Below are positions 36,453-51,604 of a DNA stretch of 64,000 bases, in pieces. Below the pieces are notes generated by a model. It did not search any database. It was not told the origin of the DNA and saw only the letters and a list, made by a program, of their open reading frames with translations. The translations under genes were made by a program, and so were the position numbers. The DNA comes from Octopus bimaculoides (Eukaryota), in assembly GCF_001194135.2 (NCBI RefSeq), contig NC_068995.1, positions 1,341,437 through 1,405,436 on the forward strand, read 5' to 3'. Within the stretch, counting starts at the first letter, position 1. Every line of letters begins with the position of its first letter.

Positions 36453-38639
36453 CATGGAAGGAATTAGGTCAAAGCATAGGGTTTGAAAGAAAGATATACA
36501 AAGAGGAAGAGGGAAGGAAGAGGAGGAGGAAGAACGAGTGGAAAAAAAAAATCCCCACAAGTGTCATGATGGTGGGGGGGGGATGGTGGTGGTGGTGGGG
36601 ACTTTATTTTCAGATTACCANNNNNNNNNNNNNNNNNNNNNNNNNNNNNNNNNNNNNNNNNNNNNNNNNNNNNNNNNNNNNNNNNNNNNNNNNNNNNNNN
36701 NNNNNNNNNNNNNNNNNNNNNNNNNNNNNNNNNNNNNNNNNNNNNNNNNNNNNNNNNNNNNNNNNNNNNNNNNNNNNNNNNNNNNNNNNNNNNNNNNNNN
36801 NNNNNNNNNNNNNNNNNNNNNNNNNNNNNNNNNNNNNNNNNNNNNNNNNNNNNNNNNNNNNNNNNNNNNNNNNNNNNNNNNNNNNNNNNNNNNTCCATTT
36901 TCCCCATCCTCTGCCACCACCCGATTCTAGGGTATCGGATTTACCTCCACATCACCGCCACCACCATTGTCTCCTACACCACCAACAGTAATATTATCAT
37001 CAACAACAACAACAACAACACTAGCATGAATATTATTTATCAGTAACCCTAACACCAACAGCAGCAGCATCAACGACAACCACAGTCTCATTATCTTTAG
37101 CAGCATCATCATCATCATCATCACCATCATCATCATCAGCAGCAGCCAGAGCAGCATCACTATCAACTGCTGCAGCACTACCAGCAGCAGCTCAGAACCT
37201 TCCAGGGCAGCAGAGAGAGAGGCGGGGTATTTTTAGAATCAGGAAGTTAGGACAATTTCTGGAGGAACCAAAGCAAGGAGAGAGAGAGAGAGAGAGAGAG
37301 AGAGAAGCTGACAAATTGTAAAGCACATTTGAGCTTGAGGACAGAGTGGTGGAGAGGATGCCTTTCCCAGCCTTTCTCCTTGTTATGTCAGGGTGAGAGG
37401 GGTGGAGCAATGGGTGCATGGGGATTGTGCCTTACACAATCTTGGGCAGAATAGGGGACAAAAAAGATCTTAAAGGTTTCCTTTTATCAAACTTTGTTTC
37501 TTCAATATGTCAATCTTTACCTTTCATTCTATCTACTGTGTGTGTGTGTGTGTGTCCTACTCAAAACCCCAGAAAAAAGAAAAAAACAAAAAAGAAAAAA
37601 AACATCACAGATTTCAGGGGGTGCACTGAGCCCAGTAAATGACTGGTATCTTATACTGAGTGAGTCAAAATGATGAAAGGTGAAGTCAACTGTTGATGGA
37701 ATTTGAACTTAGAACGAAAAGACACCAGACTAAATGCTGCAAAGAGAGAGACATATGGTTTGGTGATCCACTGATTCTGCAATTCAGAAGAACCAAGAAG
37801 TTTGGACAATTTTTGGAGGAAGCACAGGAAGCGAGGGAAAGGAAGAGGAAAGATAATTATGGTGAAAAAGGGAGGGGGAAAAAAAGGGACGATGGTAGAT
37901 GAATGGGTGGGAAATGGAAGAATATATTAGTTCCAAGTCTTGGCACAAAACCAGCAACATTAGGGGAAGCGGGTAAGTCAATTCCATCAAACCCCAGACC
38001 GTAGTATTTAGCTGGTACTTATTTTACTGACCCTGGAAGGACAAAAGGCAAAGGCAACCTCAGCGGAATTTGAACTCAGAACATGAAGACAGGCGAAGTG
38101 CCGCCAAGCATTTGGTCTGATGTGATAACAACTCTGCCAGTTCATTGCATCAAAGCAGAGCAGCTTCACAAAGCAAGAACTGACGCATGATGCGTTAACC
38201 TTCATCTGGTGGGGGTTATTTCCTGGCTGGTGCCTGGTAAAGGATGCTGGAGTGCCATTATCCAGCAGAACAGCTTAAGAACTGGTTACTACGGTTGGTG
38301 GTTCTATGCCATGCTCCACTGCATCTGCTTTTTTCCATTTTTTTTTTATAAGGGAGACTTCATGCAGTACAACCTTGGCACTGGTTTGTCCAACTCATCT
38401 TTAAGGAACAAGTAGACCCCTGCAGGCAGCTCTCCTATTGAAGTTGATATTAAGAAATTTGCCCTTTTGGGGTTTTGAGTAGGACACACACACACACACA
38501 CAGTAGATAGAATGAAAGGTAAAGATTGACATATTGAAGAAACAAAGTGAAGGATAGATAAATAGAATGAAGAAATAGTAGTGCAGATGACCATTTACCA
38601 ATCTACTATAGACTGGTTTCTTGTTTCTATATCTTGCTG

Positions 38640-38800
38640 GGTAGAGAGATAGATAGGTAGATATTCAGACTGATAGATAGATAGATAGATAAGTAGAGAT
38701 AGATAGGTAGACAGATAAGTAGAGAGAGAGAGATAGGTAGACAGAAAAAAAGAAAAGACAGACAGACAGATAAATAGATAGACTGAGAGATAGATAGATA
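38640..38800. repeat. (GATA)n/(GACA)n tetranucleotide tract; similar at 29100-29520
   Basis: Directly visible. Confidence 0.85.
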
Positions 38801-39376
38801 GACCGGCATTAAAGGACCAATACAAAATTGTATTATTAAAGGAGTGGCAATGGTGATGATGATGTTTATGGTGGTGGTGGTGGAAGAAGTAGGAAGGAGG
38901 TTGCTACTCCAAACAGTTCACCAATGGTCACCAAAGAGGGTTTCCAGTATCCTCAAATGGGGCCTCAATAACTCAATAAATAATCAAACTTTCAATATCT
39001 ATCAATAACAAAATGATAAAAGAAAATTTCCATAGCAACGAAGGGCAGAATGGTTAATTAAGGTTATAGTTTCATTCATGAGGATGGTGTTTGTTGTTAT
39101 TGCTGTTGTTTATTTTCAGGCATAGAGTATCTTGGACTACATCATTTAATACGTCCTTCCTTTTTATTCTATTTTGGTTTAAAGGGGATTCAGTTGCTAT
39201 TTCTAGCATTTCAAGTGACACCATAGAAGCATTTTTGTAGGTGGGTGGTGGTGGTGGTCGAGTTGTTCAGCTGTTTGAAAAGTGTCTGTACTAAACAAAC
39301 ACACACAAATACACACTCAGAAAGACAGGCAGACACACACTCACACACACACATTCACATAAATACTTAGACAGAT

Positions 39377-39419
<43 letters not shown>

Positions 39420-41577
39420 TACAAACACATACACACATTACATTACATTCAATTTTCAAGAATGTCAAGAATGAAAATATGTAAAATATTTCTAAAAAGT
39501 TAAAACTTCAAAATAAAATAAGAAAAAAAAAATCTACTACTACTACTACCACTACTACCACTACTACTGTACTTTTAGCAGGTTAAAGCAACAAACGACA
39601 TAAAAAAAGAAGTGTGTATTGGTATGGAGAGATATTTATTGGTGTATACAAGTATTTCAATGTGTGTGTGTATAGGTATTTGAATATGTGTGTGTATATA
39701 AGTACATACACACATATATACTTCCATACAGGTATATATTTAAGTAAACACACACATCCACATGTTTCAATGAGCTAGCAGTCCATTTCTTCAGTATTTC
39801 GGCAAAAAAAAATTCATATATATATATATGTGTGTGTGTGTGTGTACATACACACATGCATACATGTATATATAAATCTTGTTGCCATGTTTTATCAGTA
39901 TGTGATATGACAAAAAAGAAAAGAAAAGAAAAACAGAGTATTGTTGTAAAGTAAATGTATTTTTTTAAATGTCGGCATAAATATGTAGTCAAATGGATAC
40001 CGTTCGAATATTCCACGCTGGCAAAACTGTGTCGTAATGGAAGCATACTAACTAATCTGTTATGCTGTTTGATACACACGCAAACACATATATATATATA
40101 TAATCATACACATACAGGCATATATGCATGCATATAAACACACACACATATGCACACGTGTATATTCATTGTTTGTGGATTTACCATGCTACCATTGGTT
40201 TCATATGAAACACTGCAATTATCAACTTCCCTTTTAAAAATATTGGTAAACTGTTTCCATTTTGGATAAGGTTACCAATGGTAGCATGAGAATTCCACAA
40301 AGAAAGAATGTACACACACACACACATGTGTGTGTGTGTATATAAAATCATACAGTTACTAACACTACTTCTATGTACATACATATAGGTTTGTGTTTGC
40401 CAAGCAGTTACTAAACCAAAGATGACTACAAGAAGAAGCTGGGGGGGGGAAGGCAGAGCAGTGACCTTAAGCCATTAAGCCAATACAATTACGAACTGAC
40501 ATCAACAAGCAGAAGAAGAGCAACACAAGCTACTACCAGAGAGAAAGAAACAAACAGAAACAGCAGATGGTGCCAACAACAACAACAACAACAACAACAA
40601 TCAAAAGGTTTAAATGTCACTCCTACCTCCCCCTGAATCATGACAAAGTCGTTTATTCAGTGCAGAGACCAAATTTCTATGTTGGGCTGCTAGAGTTGTC
40701 TCCCCATTCGAAGAGCCTGCAAGACAATTTTTCTTTTAAATCTGCTGGAGATTAACATATATATACACTCACACACACACACACACCACCCCGTGTAAGA
40801 AATAAGTGTGTCTGTGCATGTATGATGTATATTTATGCAGGTGTGCATATGTACGTGCGTGTGTGTGTATACATATACACATATATATATATACACACAG
40901 ACATATATACGCATACAAATGTATATACAAGCACATATATCTATATCTATATATACCATGTTATTTATATATAATAGCACACATTGTGTAATAATATATT
41001 TGCACATGAATCACACACACTTGCACACAATATTATGTGATATATATATGTGTGTATATATATATATCACATTGTGAACAACAACAAAAACAACAACAAC
41101 AAATGAAACAGAAGATCCTTCCAAGACAATTCTATTTGATATCATCATCATCACCATCATCATCATCATCCATTGGTTCATTATCAGAAGAACTGCCAGC
41201 TGTTAAGAGAGAGAGAAGAGTCACAAAAGATCAAAACATATTGTTTCCCCTAACCCAACATCCTTTCATTATAATACTATAAGGGGTCTACTTAACCTTG
41301 GCATTTACAGGTAAGATATTCACACCCCCCTCAGTGATCTGGTATCATTGCCACCACCACCACCACCACCACTGCTGCCGCCGCCAACACCATCATCATC
41401 CAAACAAAATGCAGACTGAAGACTAAACACCAAAGCATTTTGAAATGACCCCCTCCCCCGCCCCCATTCTGCAAACAGACAAACCTTTACCACAATCACA
41501 GTTGCACAGACATATCACAATTCACAAATAAACATTGACATTAAACAGTGTCACAATAATAGACATAAGGAGTTTAC

Positions 41578-41613
<36 letters not shown>

Positions 41614-41826
41614 CCTTTCTACTAAAGGCACAAGGCCTGAATTTGTGAGGAGGGGACTAGTTGATTACACTGACCCCAGTGTTTCATTGGTACTTAATTA
41701 ATGGACCCCGAAAGGATGAAAGGCAAAGTCAACCTCGGTGGAATTTGAACTCAGAATGTAGTGGCAATCGAAATACCACTAAGCACTTCGTCCAGTGCGC
41801 TAACCATTCTGACAGCTTACAGCCTT
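41578..41826 (-). mobile_element. Well-preserved family A SINE with (ATT)n tail
   Basis: The reverse complement reads ...gagttcaaattccaccgaggttgactttgcctttcatcctttcggggtcc...taagtacca..., with a B-box-like gagttcaaattcc and the (AAT)n tract at 41578-41612. Confidence 0.85.
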
Positions 41827-43501
41827 CATCCTAATTAATAAATAGTAATAATTTGAAGGTTTGGTACAAAGCTAGCAGTTTTAGGGAAGGTGGGAGTTAG
41901 TTGATAACATCAGACTCAGTACTTGAGGGATGATAGGAGCTGCACGTGGAAGGCGCGAGAGCTGTATGGTGCTTGGAAGCCATAGTGTTTTATATCAAAT
42001 AAAGCTTGGACGAAGTCAAATATATTTTTATTCTGTTTTACAACTCTAAAATAGGCTGAACAGCTCCATTGATCATCATCACCACCTAGAAGCAGCCATT
42101 GGCAAACTGTGACCCATAGGACTTTCAGAATGGTTGCCAATGAATAATCACCTTGACTTCTTTTTAGTAATGTAACTCACCTGTTGATGAGTCTCATGCA
42201 GTCTGCTTCTCAAAAAAGGTTGCCTGTGCCTGACCAACAATCTCTCCAAGAGTATCATCAAACTTGGCTGTTATTAAATCCTATTATGCTAACAGAGGCC
42301 AAACTATGGCTTCCAAGCACCATACAGCTCTCACGCCTTCCACGTGTGGCCCCTATCACCCCTCCACCCCCTGTGATCATTACTTACTGCAACCACCTCT
42401 ACCACCCTCCTCCTCCATTTTTACTTACCTCCTTACTCCTTAAGGATTTGTTCTGGCATCCCACCATCTTCCGAACTAATCCTGTCCACTCCTATTTAAT
42501 GCAGGGTGGTCATGTATCTTTTCTATAGCAAGACACCTGTGCTTGTCCTCATACTTTAGCCCTTCCCTCCATNNNNNNNNNNNNNNNNNNNNNNNNNNNN
42601 NATGCAAGGGTTTTTTTTTTCCTTCACTGGTTCTTTTCCCTTTTTTTTTGTGTGTGTGGTTGTATACAGTCAACCATTACAGTTATGGTTTCACCTTGAC
42701 CTTTGATAGCTGTTGGTCAACCAAAATACAATATCCACCAGCAGCCGGTTGGTCCAGTGACTGGCTGTACACAATATCAGAGCTAAAACAGTGTTGTTAA
42801 CGAGAACAAAAAAATATTCCAGTGGATCAGCAGGTAAAATAACAACGACATTAGTGGCACATCAACTGAAACCTGTGCTTTCTTGCAATTGGCAACTGCA
42901 GCCTGTCGTTTTACATGCAATGTGTTACTTGTCACTTAACTGTGGCTTACATGTATGACATGAAAAATAATTACACAAACTTTTAATTAATACAACCTAG
43001 ATTAACAAAGCAGACGGAGAGAGGGGTATCTCTGTGTTGTTGTTGTTGTTGCAAAATCCAGGTTGAGAATCGAACTTCTTACTGCAAAAAGTTACACAAG
43101 AGTTGTGTTATCCATCACAAAGAATAAGGAGCAACTGCCTGGGTCCCCTTAAAAGCTAGTCTCATGACTGGGGTTTGCATCCCCCCCCAACGCCCCTTAA
43201 GCCAGCCACCTTCCTACTTGCTCCATATTTCCACAACACACATGTCAGGACATGCAGAGGATCAGTTTCTATAAGGGAGGGGAGAGGTGGGGGGAGAAGG
43301 AAACTGAGAAATAACGAGAGTGGGAGAGATAGGAAGTAATGTGTGTGTGTGTGTGTGCGTGCGCACGCATGTATGTATGTATGTGTATATATATGTGTGT
43401 ATCTACACACACATACACCATGTTATGATAGTGAAAGCGGGAGAGAAAGATAAAGAAGAAAAAGTGTTCCAGAAAGAGAGTGGGAGGGAAAGTGATATAT
43501 C

Positions 43502-43540
<39 letters not shown>

Positions 43541-46271
43541 TATCTGTCTGTCTGTCTCTCTCTCTCTCTATATAGATAGAAAGAGAGAGATAGAGGTAGA
43601 TGGATAGAGAGAGTGTGTGTGTGTGTGTTGTTGAAAGTGAGAGAAACCATACAGGTGAGTGTAATCTTGTTTAGACATGCAGTGATGTGGGGGGGTTGGT
43701 GGGTGTTAATTGGTACATGACAGGTAAGTGCCCCCTCCCTAATAATGGTAACAATGACTGCCACAACTCCCCATTAAGGTGGTGGTGGTGGTGTGTGTGT
43801 GTATGTTAAAAGTTGTGGTGATTCATGTATTAGTGGAAGCTGGGTTGGGGAGAAGGGAGTTAGGGAGTCAACATAATGGACAGACCAGTAGAAAGTACAG
43901 CTGGGGCGGGTGGTGGGTGGCGAGTTGACGCAAGGTAGGAAGGGTGAGAAGGAGAGAGAGAGAAGATTTTAACACAGTATTTATTACTTGGGTGGTATAC
44001 ATAGGATGAGGGGTGAGGTGGGAGGAGAGATTTACATTGGAGGGTGGGTGATTGGTGGGTAGTGCCCGATTACCAAGATGGCTGTTGTGAAGGTGGAGGA
44101 AGTTATTGGATGGGGGGGGGGCACTGATGGAGGGTTGGACAGGGGTCAGGGTGGAAATAGTAGCAGAGGTTGTTATTACCAAGAACAGGGTGTAAGTTAG
44201 AAAGGTATTAACTTCCACAAGGACACACAGACAGACATGCAGGAAGTGGGGGGGGGAGATGTGGTGACAACTTATTGGTACAAGAAAACTGAAAAGCCCA
44301 TGTACTGCTTCTCCATCTTACACAACAAAGAAGGAGAAAGAGAAACAAAGAGATTACCAGATTTTGTCCATTTCACTCCCACCCCAACCTATTAGTTCAT
44401 AGCCTTTATCTCTGAAGGAGAGAGTGGTGGTGGTTCCATCTCTCTGCTTTTGTCTATTACCTCCTCCCCACTAACCCTAACATCCATTCAGACTGAACAC
44501 AACCAAAAACCTTTATAAGATTTACAAATGCCACAGAGTCACTAATCTCTGATAATCTCCCAAAGTGACCACCCAAAACACACACTTGCAAACTTTACGT
44601 CCACAAAATCTTCCTACTAACGATGGGTGGGTTACGAGAAAACATTTGAGAGGTGGTCAGTTTCTGGGCCTCGCTATAAAGCTTGGATAAAAGTGACATT
44701 GAAGTTGTTTTGCTGCTCAAATATCTCAGAGGAAGCAGAAATGGTCATCTAGTGGACAAATGATACAGAATGATCCAACCACTTTATAAATCAATCAATC
44801 CTAAGAGAAGGAACAGTGACTAATGACTTACTGGCCCTTCCAACAGGCATGACTAACATGATTGATAACCAGTGTGTTGAGATTTGTAAAAACAGGAAAA
44901 CAAAAAAAGAAACTGGTGTGACTATAGTTTGTGTTTCAAACCATGTGGTTCCATGTTCAATCTCACTGTGCAATACATGAGGCAACTAAAGGCTACAGGT
45001 CAACAAATGCATTGTGAGTGGAATTGGTTGATAAAAATTTTATGGAAGTCTCTCATGTATGGTGTGGGTGTGGGTGTGAGTGAAGTGAATGTCTACATCC
45101 TGCAATGTGTGTGTGGGAGGGAGAGAGAAGTGATAGATACTTTTTTACAGTTTTTATATCTGAATTTGTCAAATGGAAGATTCCTTATTTTTCTCAACCC
45201 AGATGGCCCTTCAGAAGGAAATCATTCTCTGCCCCTGTACCACTTAGACACCTCATCTCTACACACGTCATCACTCAGTGTTTCTCCTTAATTATTTGTC
45301 TAGGGACCCCTTTGAATCCTATTGTACCCCCCACTCCAGCCAGTCAATGTTTTAAAAAAAAATCCTATTATATTCTTAGAATTAAATATTAGGAATTGTA
45401 TTAAAACAAGGGTTAAAATATTTTTTGACTTGTAAAGCTGTAACCAATTTATTGCAGATAAATTTTAATGATGAAATCTTATATGGATCTCACCCGCAAG
45501 GGCCATATGAACCCTAGTGAAGAATGACTGTCATAGAAAATGTCAAGGGAATATACACAAAAACAGCCAAGGAGTTTCTATGTGGTCACTCAAATTGGTA
45601 GAAATAGCAGCCAAATGACATTCCACTGCTTAAAACTTGGAAGGACATGTAAGATAATGTAACAACAGAATGGTCTTGACTGGAACATTTATGATCAGGG
45701 GTTTGTTGGATAAGGGTTAAAAGAGGGGCATTAAACAACATTTTGTCTCCAACAATTCTTTACCACCCCCACCATCACCAACCCCTCCTTCCAGTGCAGC
45801 CAACTCCCCACCTCCCACCGCCACCACGTCTTTGTTAGGTTGCTGTTCCTGTTTCATTGTAAATGTTTATGTATTTAATTGTTTGTCTCTCTTTCTCCCC
45901 ACATATCTTATCTTCAGGAATATCTGGACCCCCACCCCAGCACCACTAAGTCCATCCACTCGCCCACAGAGAGAGGGGGGGGTAGAGAGTGAGGATTCAG
46001 GTTTCATTCCCATACAATGGTCAAAAGTCTCGATGAGAACAAGCAATGCTGCTGCCACTGCCACCACCACTCACCACTCACCACTCACCACTCACCACCA
46101 CTCACTGGCCAGTTCTATTAACACATTTTAAAAGGAAGAGATAGATAGGTAGATAGGTAGATAGAGAGGGAGGGAGGGAGATATTTTACCAGTAAAGGTG
46201 TTATGTGTGTGTGTGTGTGTGTGTGTGCAGAAAGAAAACCCTGAACAGAAAACTCATATGCATTACACACA

Positions 46272-46397
46272 CCCACATGTACGCACTCACACAAACACAC
46301 ACACACCCACATGTACGCACTCACACAAACACACACACACCCACATGTACGCACTCACACAAACACACACACACCCACATGTATGCACTCACACACA
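46272..46397. repeat. 34-bp minisatellite (cccacatgtacgcactcacacaaacacacacaca), nearly four copies, running into a 450-nt gap
   Basis: Unit starts at 46272, 46306, 46340 and 46374. Confidence 0.9.
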
Positions 46398-46878
46398 NNN
46401 NNNNNNNNNNNNNNNNNNNNNNNNNNNNNNNNNNNNNNNNNNNNNNNNNNNNNNNNNNNNNNNNNNNNNNNNNNNNNNNNNNNNNNNNNNNNNNNNNNNN
46501 NNNNNNNNNNNNNNNNNNNNNNNNNNNNNNNNNNNNNNNNNNNNNNNNNNNNNNNNNNNNNNNNNNNNNNNNNNNNNNNNNNNNNNNNNNNNNNNNNNNN
46601 NNNNNNNNNNNNNNNNNNNNNNNNNNNNNNNNNNNNNNNNNNNNNNNNNNNNNNNNNNNNNNNNNNNNNNNNNNNNNNNNNNNNNNNNNNNNNNNNNNNN
46701 NNNNNNNNNNNNNNNNNNNNNNNNNNNNNNNNNNNNNNNNNNNNNNNNNNNNNNNNNNNNNNNNNNNNNNNNNNNNNNNNNNNNNNNNNNNNNNNNNNNN
46801 NNNNNNNNNNNNNNNNNNNNNNNNNNNNNNNNNNNNNNNNNNNNNNNTCACCTGTACTGTTGACAAACAGGAAAATGT

Positions 46879-46920
<42 letters not shown>

Positions 46921-47315
46921 TTTATTGCTTTTACAGGATTTGCAAAGAGGTTAGGTTAGTGGAAGGAATGTGTGTGTGTGTGCGTGTGTGTGTTTGCAGT
47001 TTATAACAATTTTTTTTTTCCTGTAATATTATATTTTGGCTACAAATTACCAAATAAAGGTGTCTCCAAACATTTCTCAGCCTTGCAAAGGCGCAACTGT
47101 GTTTTTCTTTCAACTTGCCAACTGACCAGACAACACACACACACACACACACACTGTGTGATAATAAAAGGATTTCAATCTCTCTCTTTAACACTAGTGT
47201 GTGTGTGTTTGTGTATACTATTATTCTGAGTTCTGTTTTGCTTGTTCTAAGCTTAACCTGTATACATCTATCTATATACATACACAACACAAAAGCATAA
47301 ATCTTAATGCATACA

Positions 47316-47350
<35 letters not shown>

Positions 47351-48389
47351 TCACACTGAAAGTAATGAAATGTGGTGTTATTTGACAGGAAAACATTGAA
47401 AGTGAAGCATGAATTTTGGTTGGAAAGAAATTAGGAGAGAAAACTCCACTGGATGGGATATATTTGTCAACATCATCTCCGCAGGGTCCATACACTACAT
47501 TTTCCTGTTGAGTCAACACACAATGTCTGTCTACCCAGTTAATGGTTACACAGTGCATCTACCCGGTCAACACACCCTGACACATAACAATGTGTTTAGA
47601 AATAGAGAGATAATTGAAGAGAGTGTTGACACAAATATCAATAAATATATATCTCCAAGGATCATACAATACGATTGTGGTACAAGGCAAGGAATTAGGG
47701 TCAAGATGTGACCAGGAATGTAGTAGACCAATGCCTTATATACTGCTGTTACAAGGAACCGTACAAGTTCTGTATGTGCTGCCAGAAAGTCTGTATAGGT
47801 CTTCTGCACCTATAAAGTCTGTTGCAGCCCTTATGTACTTCTATTACAGTGGCTCTGTAATAAAAGAGGGCTTGTGCTGTTGTAGGGGACACAGACCAAC
47901 AAGCTTTGCAAAGGTTATTAGAATTAAGTAAAGAATACCTGAAGGGTTGACGAAAATGAAAATAACAAAGAGACTAACAGGAGCAGGATGATGGGTTAAG
48001 GTAAGGATTCTTTGTGGCTGATGGCTGATGAGGGAGAGGGGGAGAGAGAGGGAGAGAGGGAGAGGGAGAGAAAGAGGAAATGAAGCAGATCTATGGACAG
48101 TTGTGTGTGTCTGGTGACTCCTGACACAATTTTAAAGGTCCAACCCCCTATAACTAAAGGAGGGTCCATATGGTGTGTTCCGAACCCTATTCCAAGAAGT
48201 TGTGTTGCATAAAAATGAAAAGTTTGTATTGTTATTGGTTTTGTTATTTACATTCACAGAGCAAATGTCATCAACGTGCGTGTGCGTGTGTGTGTGTGTG
48301 ATTATGAAGAGAAAGAGACAGACACCTGAGGCAATAGAAACACACTTCTCCCCCTCTCACCCACATACATATACAATACACATATGTAT

Positions 48390-48461
<72 letters not shown>

Positions 48462-49149
48462 GCATTCATATGTATATGTATGTACATGTGTGTGTGTGTG
48501 TGTAGATAGAGTGTCTGTCTCCAGCCATTGGTGTAATCTGACCTCAGATGGATCATATAAAAGTGCAAATTTTATCACATCTCTAATGAACAGTTGCTGT
48601 GCAGCGGCATTCATTCTTCCTCGTCCTTTCACTGAATCCCATACAACGCTCCACCCCCGCTCTCTTGTCACCACCACCACCACCACCACCACCATCACCA
48701 CACTATCAAGCAATCAACTGTCTGAGTATCTGTCACCTCTAACAACAACAACAACAACAGAAATGAGATAGCCATTATGCAGTCATTTGATCTGTAAGAA
48801 ATAGCAGCCAAACCTCCTTTATATCACAGCTCTGACTTAAAGGACGCATTAAATAATGTGGTCCTAGAAAACCTTAAAAAGGGTCAGTTGCCACACGGCT
48901 AGAATGACTCTGGTTGGAACTGATCTTGGTTAAACTAGAGAGTAACAAGAAAAACAATGACAGTGAAGAATGCTCTAATGATTCTGCTAGCTTGTGGCAT
49001 TAGTAGTAGTATAAATAGATTCAGAAAGGATTGAACAGGAATATTCAATGAGTTTGATTTCAACATAACAGTTAGCAAACTTCAAACATAAAACTCAGAT
49101 TCAATCACCAGAAACCACTAACACACACACATCCCTTTTAACAGAACCA

Positions 49150-49250
49150 GCTATAACAAGGAGCCTGTTAGATGCCTTCTCCAGGTCAATGAATACAAGG
49201 TACAGGGGGCTCTCTTAGCTAAAAACTTATCCTCATAAATTGTTGTACAG
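49150..49250 (-). mobile_element. RTE LINE reverse-transcriptase fragment
   Basis: Reads (E)DKFLAK..PLYLVFIDLEKA with a frameshift. Confidence 0.7.
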
Positions 49251-51569
49251 GGGGAAACTGTATTGGTGGCACTTTATTCAGGCACAAAACTGACCAGCAG
49301 CTCTTCTAAGATAATTCTCTTTCGAATCAGTTCTATTATAACGCTCACTGTTACTTTGATAACTCGGTCCATCACTCTTGCTATTACTCACACACACACA
49401 CACACACACACAGGCGCATGTGTAGTAATTCTGTCAAATGCCACCATATACACAGAACTAAACATTCTCCAGATATTTCTGAATTTACANNNNNNNNNNN
49501 NNNNNNNNNNNNNNNNNNNNNNNNNNNNNNNNNNNNNNNNNNNNNNNNNNNNNNNNNNNNNNNNNNNNNNNNNNNNNNNNNNNNNNNNNNNNNNNNNNNN
49601 NNNNNNNNNNNNNNNNNNNNNNNNNNNNNNNNNNNNNNNNNNNNNNNNNNNNNNNNNNNNNNNNNNNNNNNNNNNNNNNNNNNNNNNNNNNNNNNNNNNN
49701 NNNNNNNNNNNNNNNNNNNNNNNNNNNNNNNNNNNNNNNNNNNNNNNNNNNNNNNNNNNNNNNNNNNNNNNNNNNNNNNNNNNNNNNNNNNNNNNNNNNN
49801 NNNNNNNNNNNNNNNNNNNNNNNNNNNNNNNNNNNNNNNNNNNNNNNNNNNNNNNNNNNNNNNNNNNNNNNNNNNNNNNNNNNNNNNNNNNNNNNNNNNN
49901 NNNNNNNNNNNNNNNNNNNNNNNNNNNNNNNNNNNNNNNNNNNNNNNNNNNNNNNNNNNNNNNNNNNNNNNNNNNNNNNNNNNNNNNNNNNNNNNNNNNN
50001 NNNNNNNNNNNNNNNNNNNNNNNNNNNNNNNNNNNNNNNNNNNNNNNNNNNNNNNNNNNNNNNNNNNNNNNNNNNNNNNNNNNNNNNNNNNNNNNNNNTG
50101 ATGATGATGATGATGGTGACAATGGTGGTGTTGATGATGATGATGATGATGACAGGACTGGGCAGTGTCTGGTCACCGGGCTGAGACGATACTAACTCTT
50201 CATTCCTGAAGATTGTTCTGCAACCAAGCACCACCCACAGGCAACCCATACACCTCATACCAAACCTCCACTGCTCTCTTAGAATGGACAAGAGGCAACT
50301 AAAAATCTTCAAAGTTACTCCAAATGCTAGGCCCCTCGGTCACTAATTATCTGTCCTGGTGATCTCACATCCACAACAGAGCAACCTGTGATATGTTCAC
50401 ATTAACAACTTGGTTCACAATAGTCACCATTATAACAAGTGAAATGCTGGAAGAATAATGGAAGAATAATGGAAGAACAGGGACAAATCCCTAGGTTTTG
50501 ACATCAATCATGAAAAAACTGTTTCTTTGTTTCAGCTGCAAAAGAACAAAGTCCCGAAAGATTGGTCTTGAAATTAGGCACAAAGCTAGCAATTCTGTGG
50601 GGAAGGAATTGTTGATAGCATTTAAAACCCGTGCTTCACTGGACCTCAATCCTGTTGACCCCCCACCCCCACCACCATCACCACAAAGGGACGAAAGATA
50701 AAGTTGGAATCAAAGAACAAGTGTAAGTGCTTTGTAGCTAATTAATATTTTTTTCTGCTTTGTAGCTAATTAATATTTTTTTCTGCTCATTAAAGCTGGC
50801 AGAATCATTAGCATGCCAGGCAAAATGCTTAGCAGCATTTCGTCCAGTTCTGCATTTTGAGTTTAAATTTTTCCAAAATGAGTTTTGCCTTTCACCCCTT
50901 TTGGGCTCAATAAAAAAAGTACCAGTGATTCACTGGGGGGGGTCAATGTAATTGACTTGTCCCCCTCCCTAAAATTGCTGGCTTTGTGCCAAAATTTGAA
51001 ACCCATATTTTTGCTCTTCATATCCACAACTTGTTCACACTCAACACAGTTCTGTTCACATGTCACAATGATTTGTTTACATTCTACCTTAACGACTTCA
51101 TTTTCTTTCACAATACATTCATCTGCTCATCACAAACCATTAAGATATTTACATTTCATTCCTATTTTGGTGTAAAAACAATTCCCTGTCCCGCCCTCTG
51201 CCAAACATCTCAGAACTTTCAGTTACCACAAACAAGAAAAAAAAAAAAAGATAAAAAAAACTAACAAAGATATAAAGCATTGATTTTTAACATCAGTAAT
51301 TATAGCAGTAATTAGCACGATTAGCATCAGTTCATTTCTATGTGAACTTCATCTTTTATTCAATTTGGAATCGTTAACTGAGGATTTTAATGAATGATTA
51401 GCTGCAACCATTGGCCATACCAGAGTCCAATGTGGACAAAAAGTTATGTTTATATAAGTTTATACAGGGCCACAGCAGACACTGTTAAAGGTGGACTTGG
51501 CCACTACAACAGACACTAACCCCTGGGATTTATTTAAGATGAGTGGTAACTTAATCAGGCTATTGCTTT

Positions 51570-51604
<35 letters not shown>

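Noticed and set aside
36173-37178. Poly-Thr/Ile/Val/Met ORFs
   Set aside because: Trinucleotide repeat tracts with no splice signals or homology.
50729-50787. 28-bp direct tandem duplication; also an 11-bp repeat at about 50448-50477 and a degenerate 86-bp duplication at 2385-2530
   Set aside because: Ordinary local slippage duplications with no intervening element or further structure.
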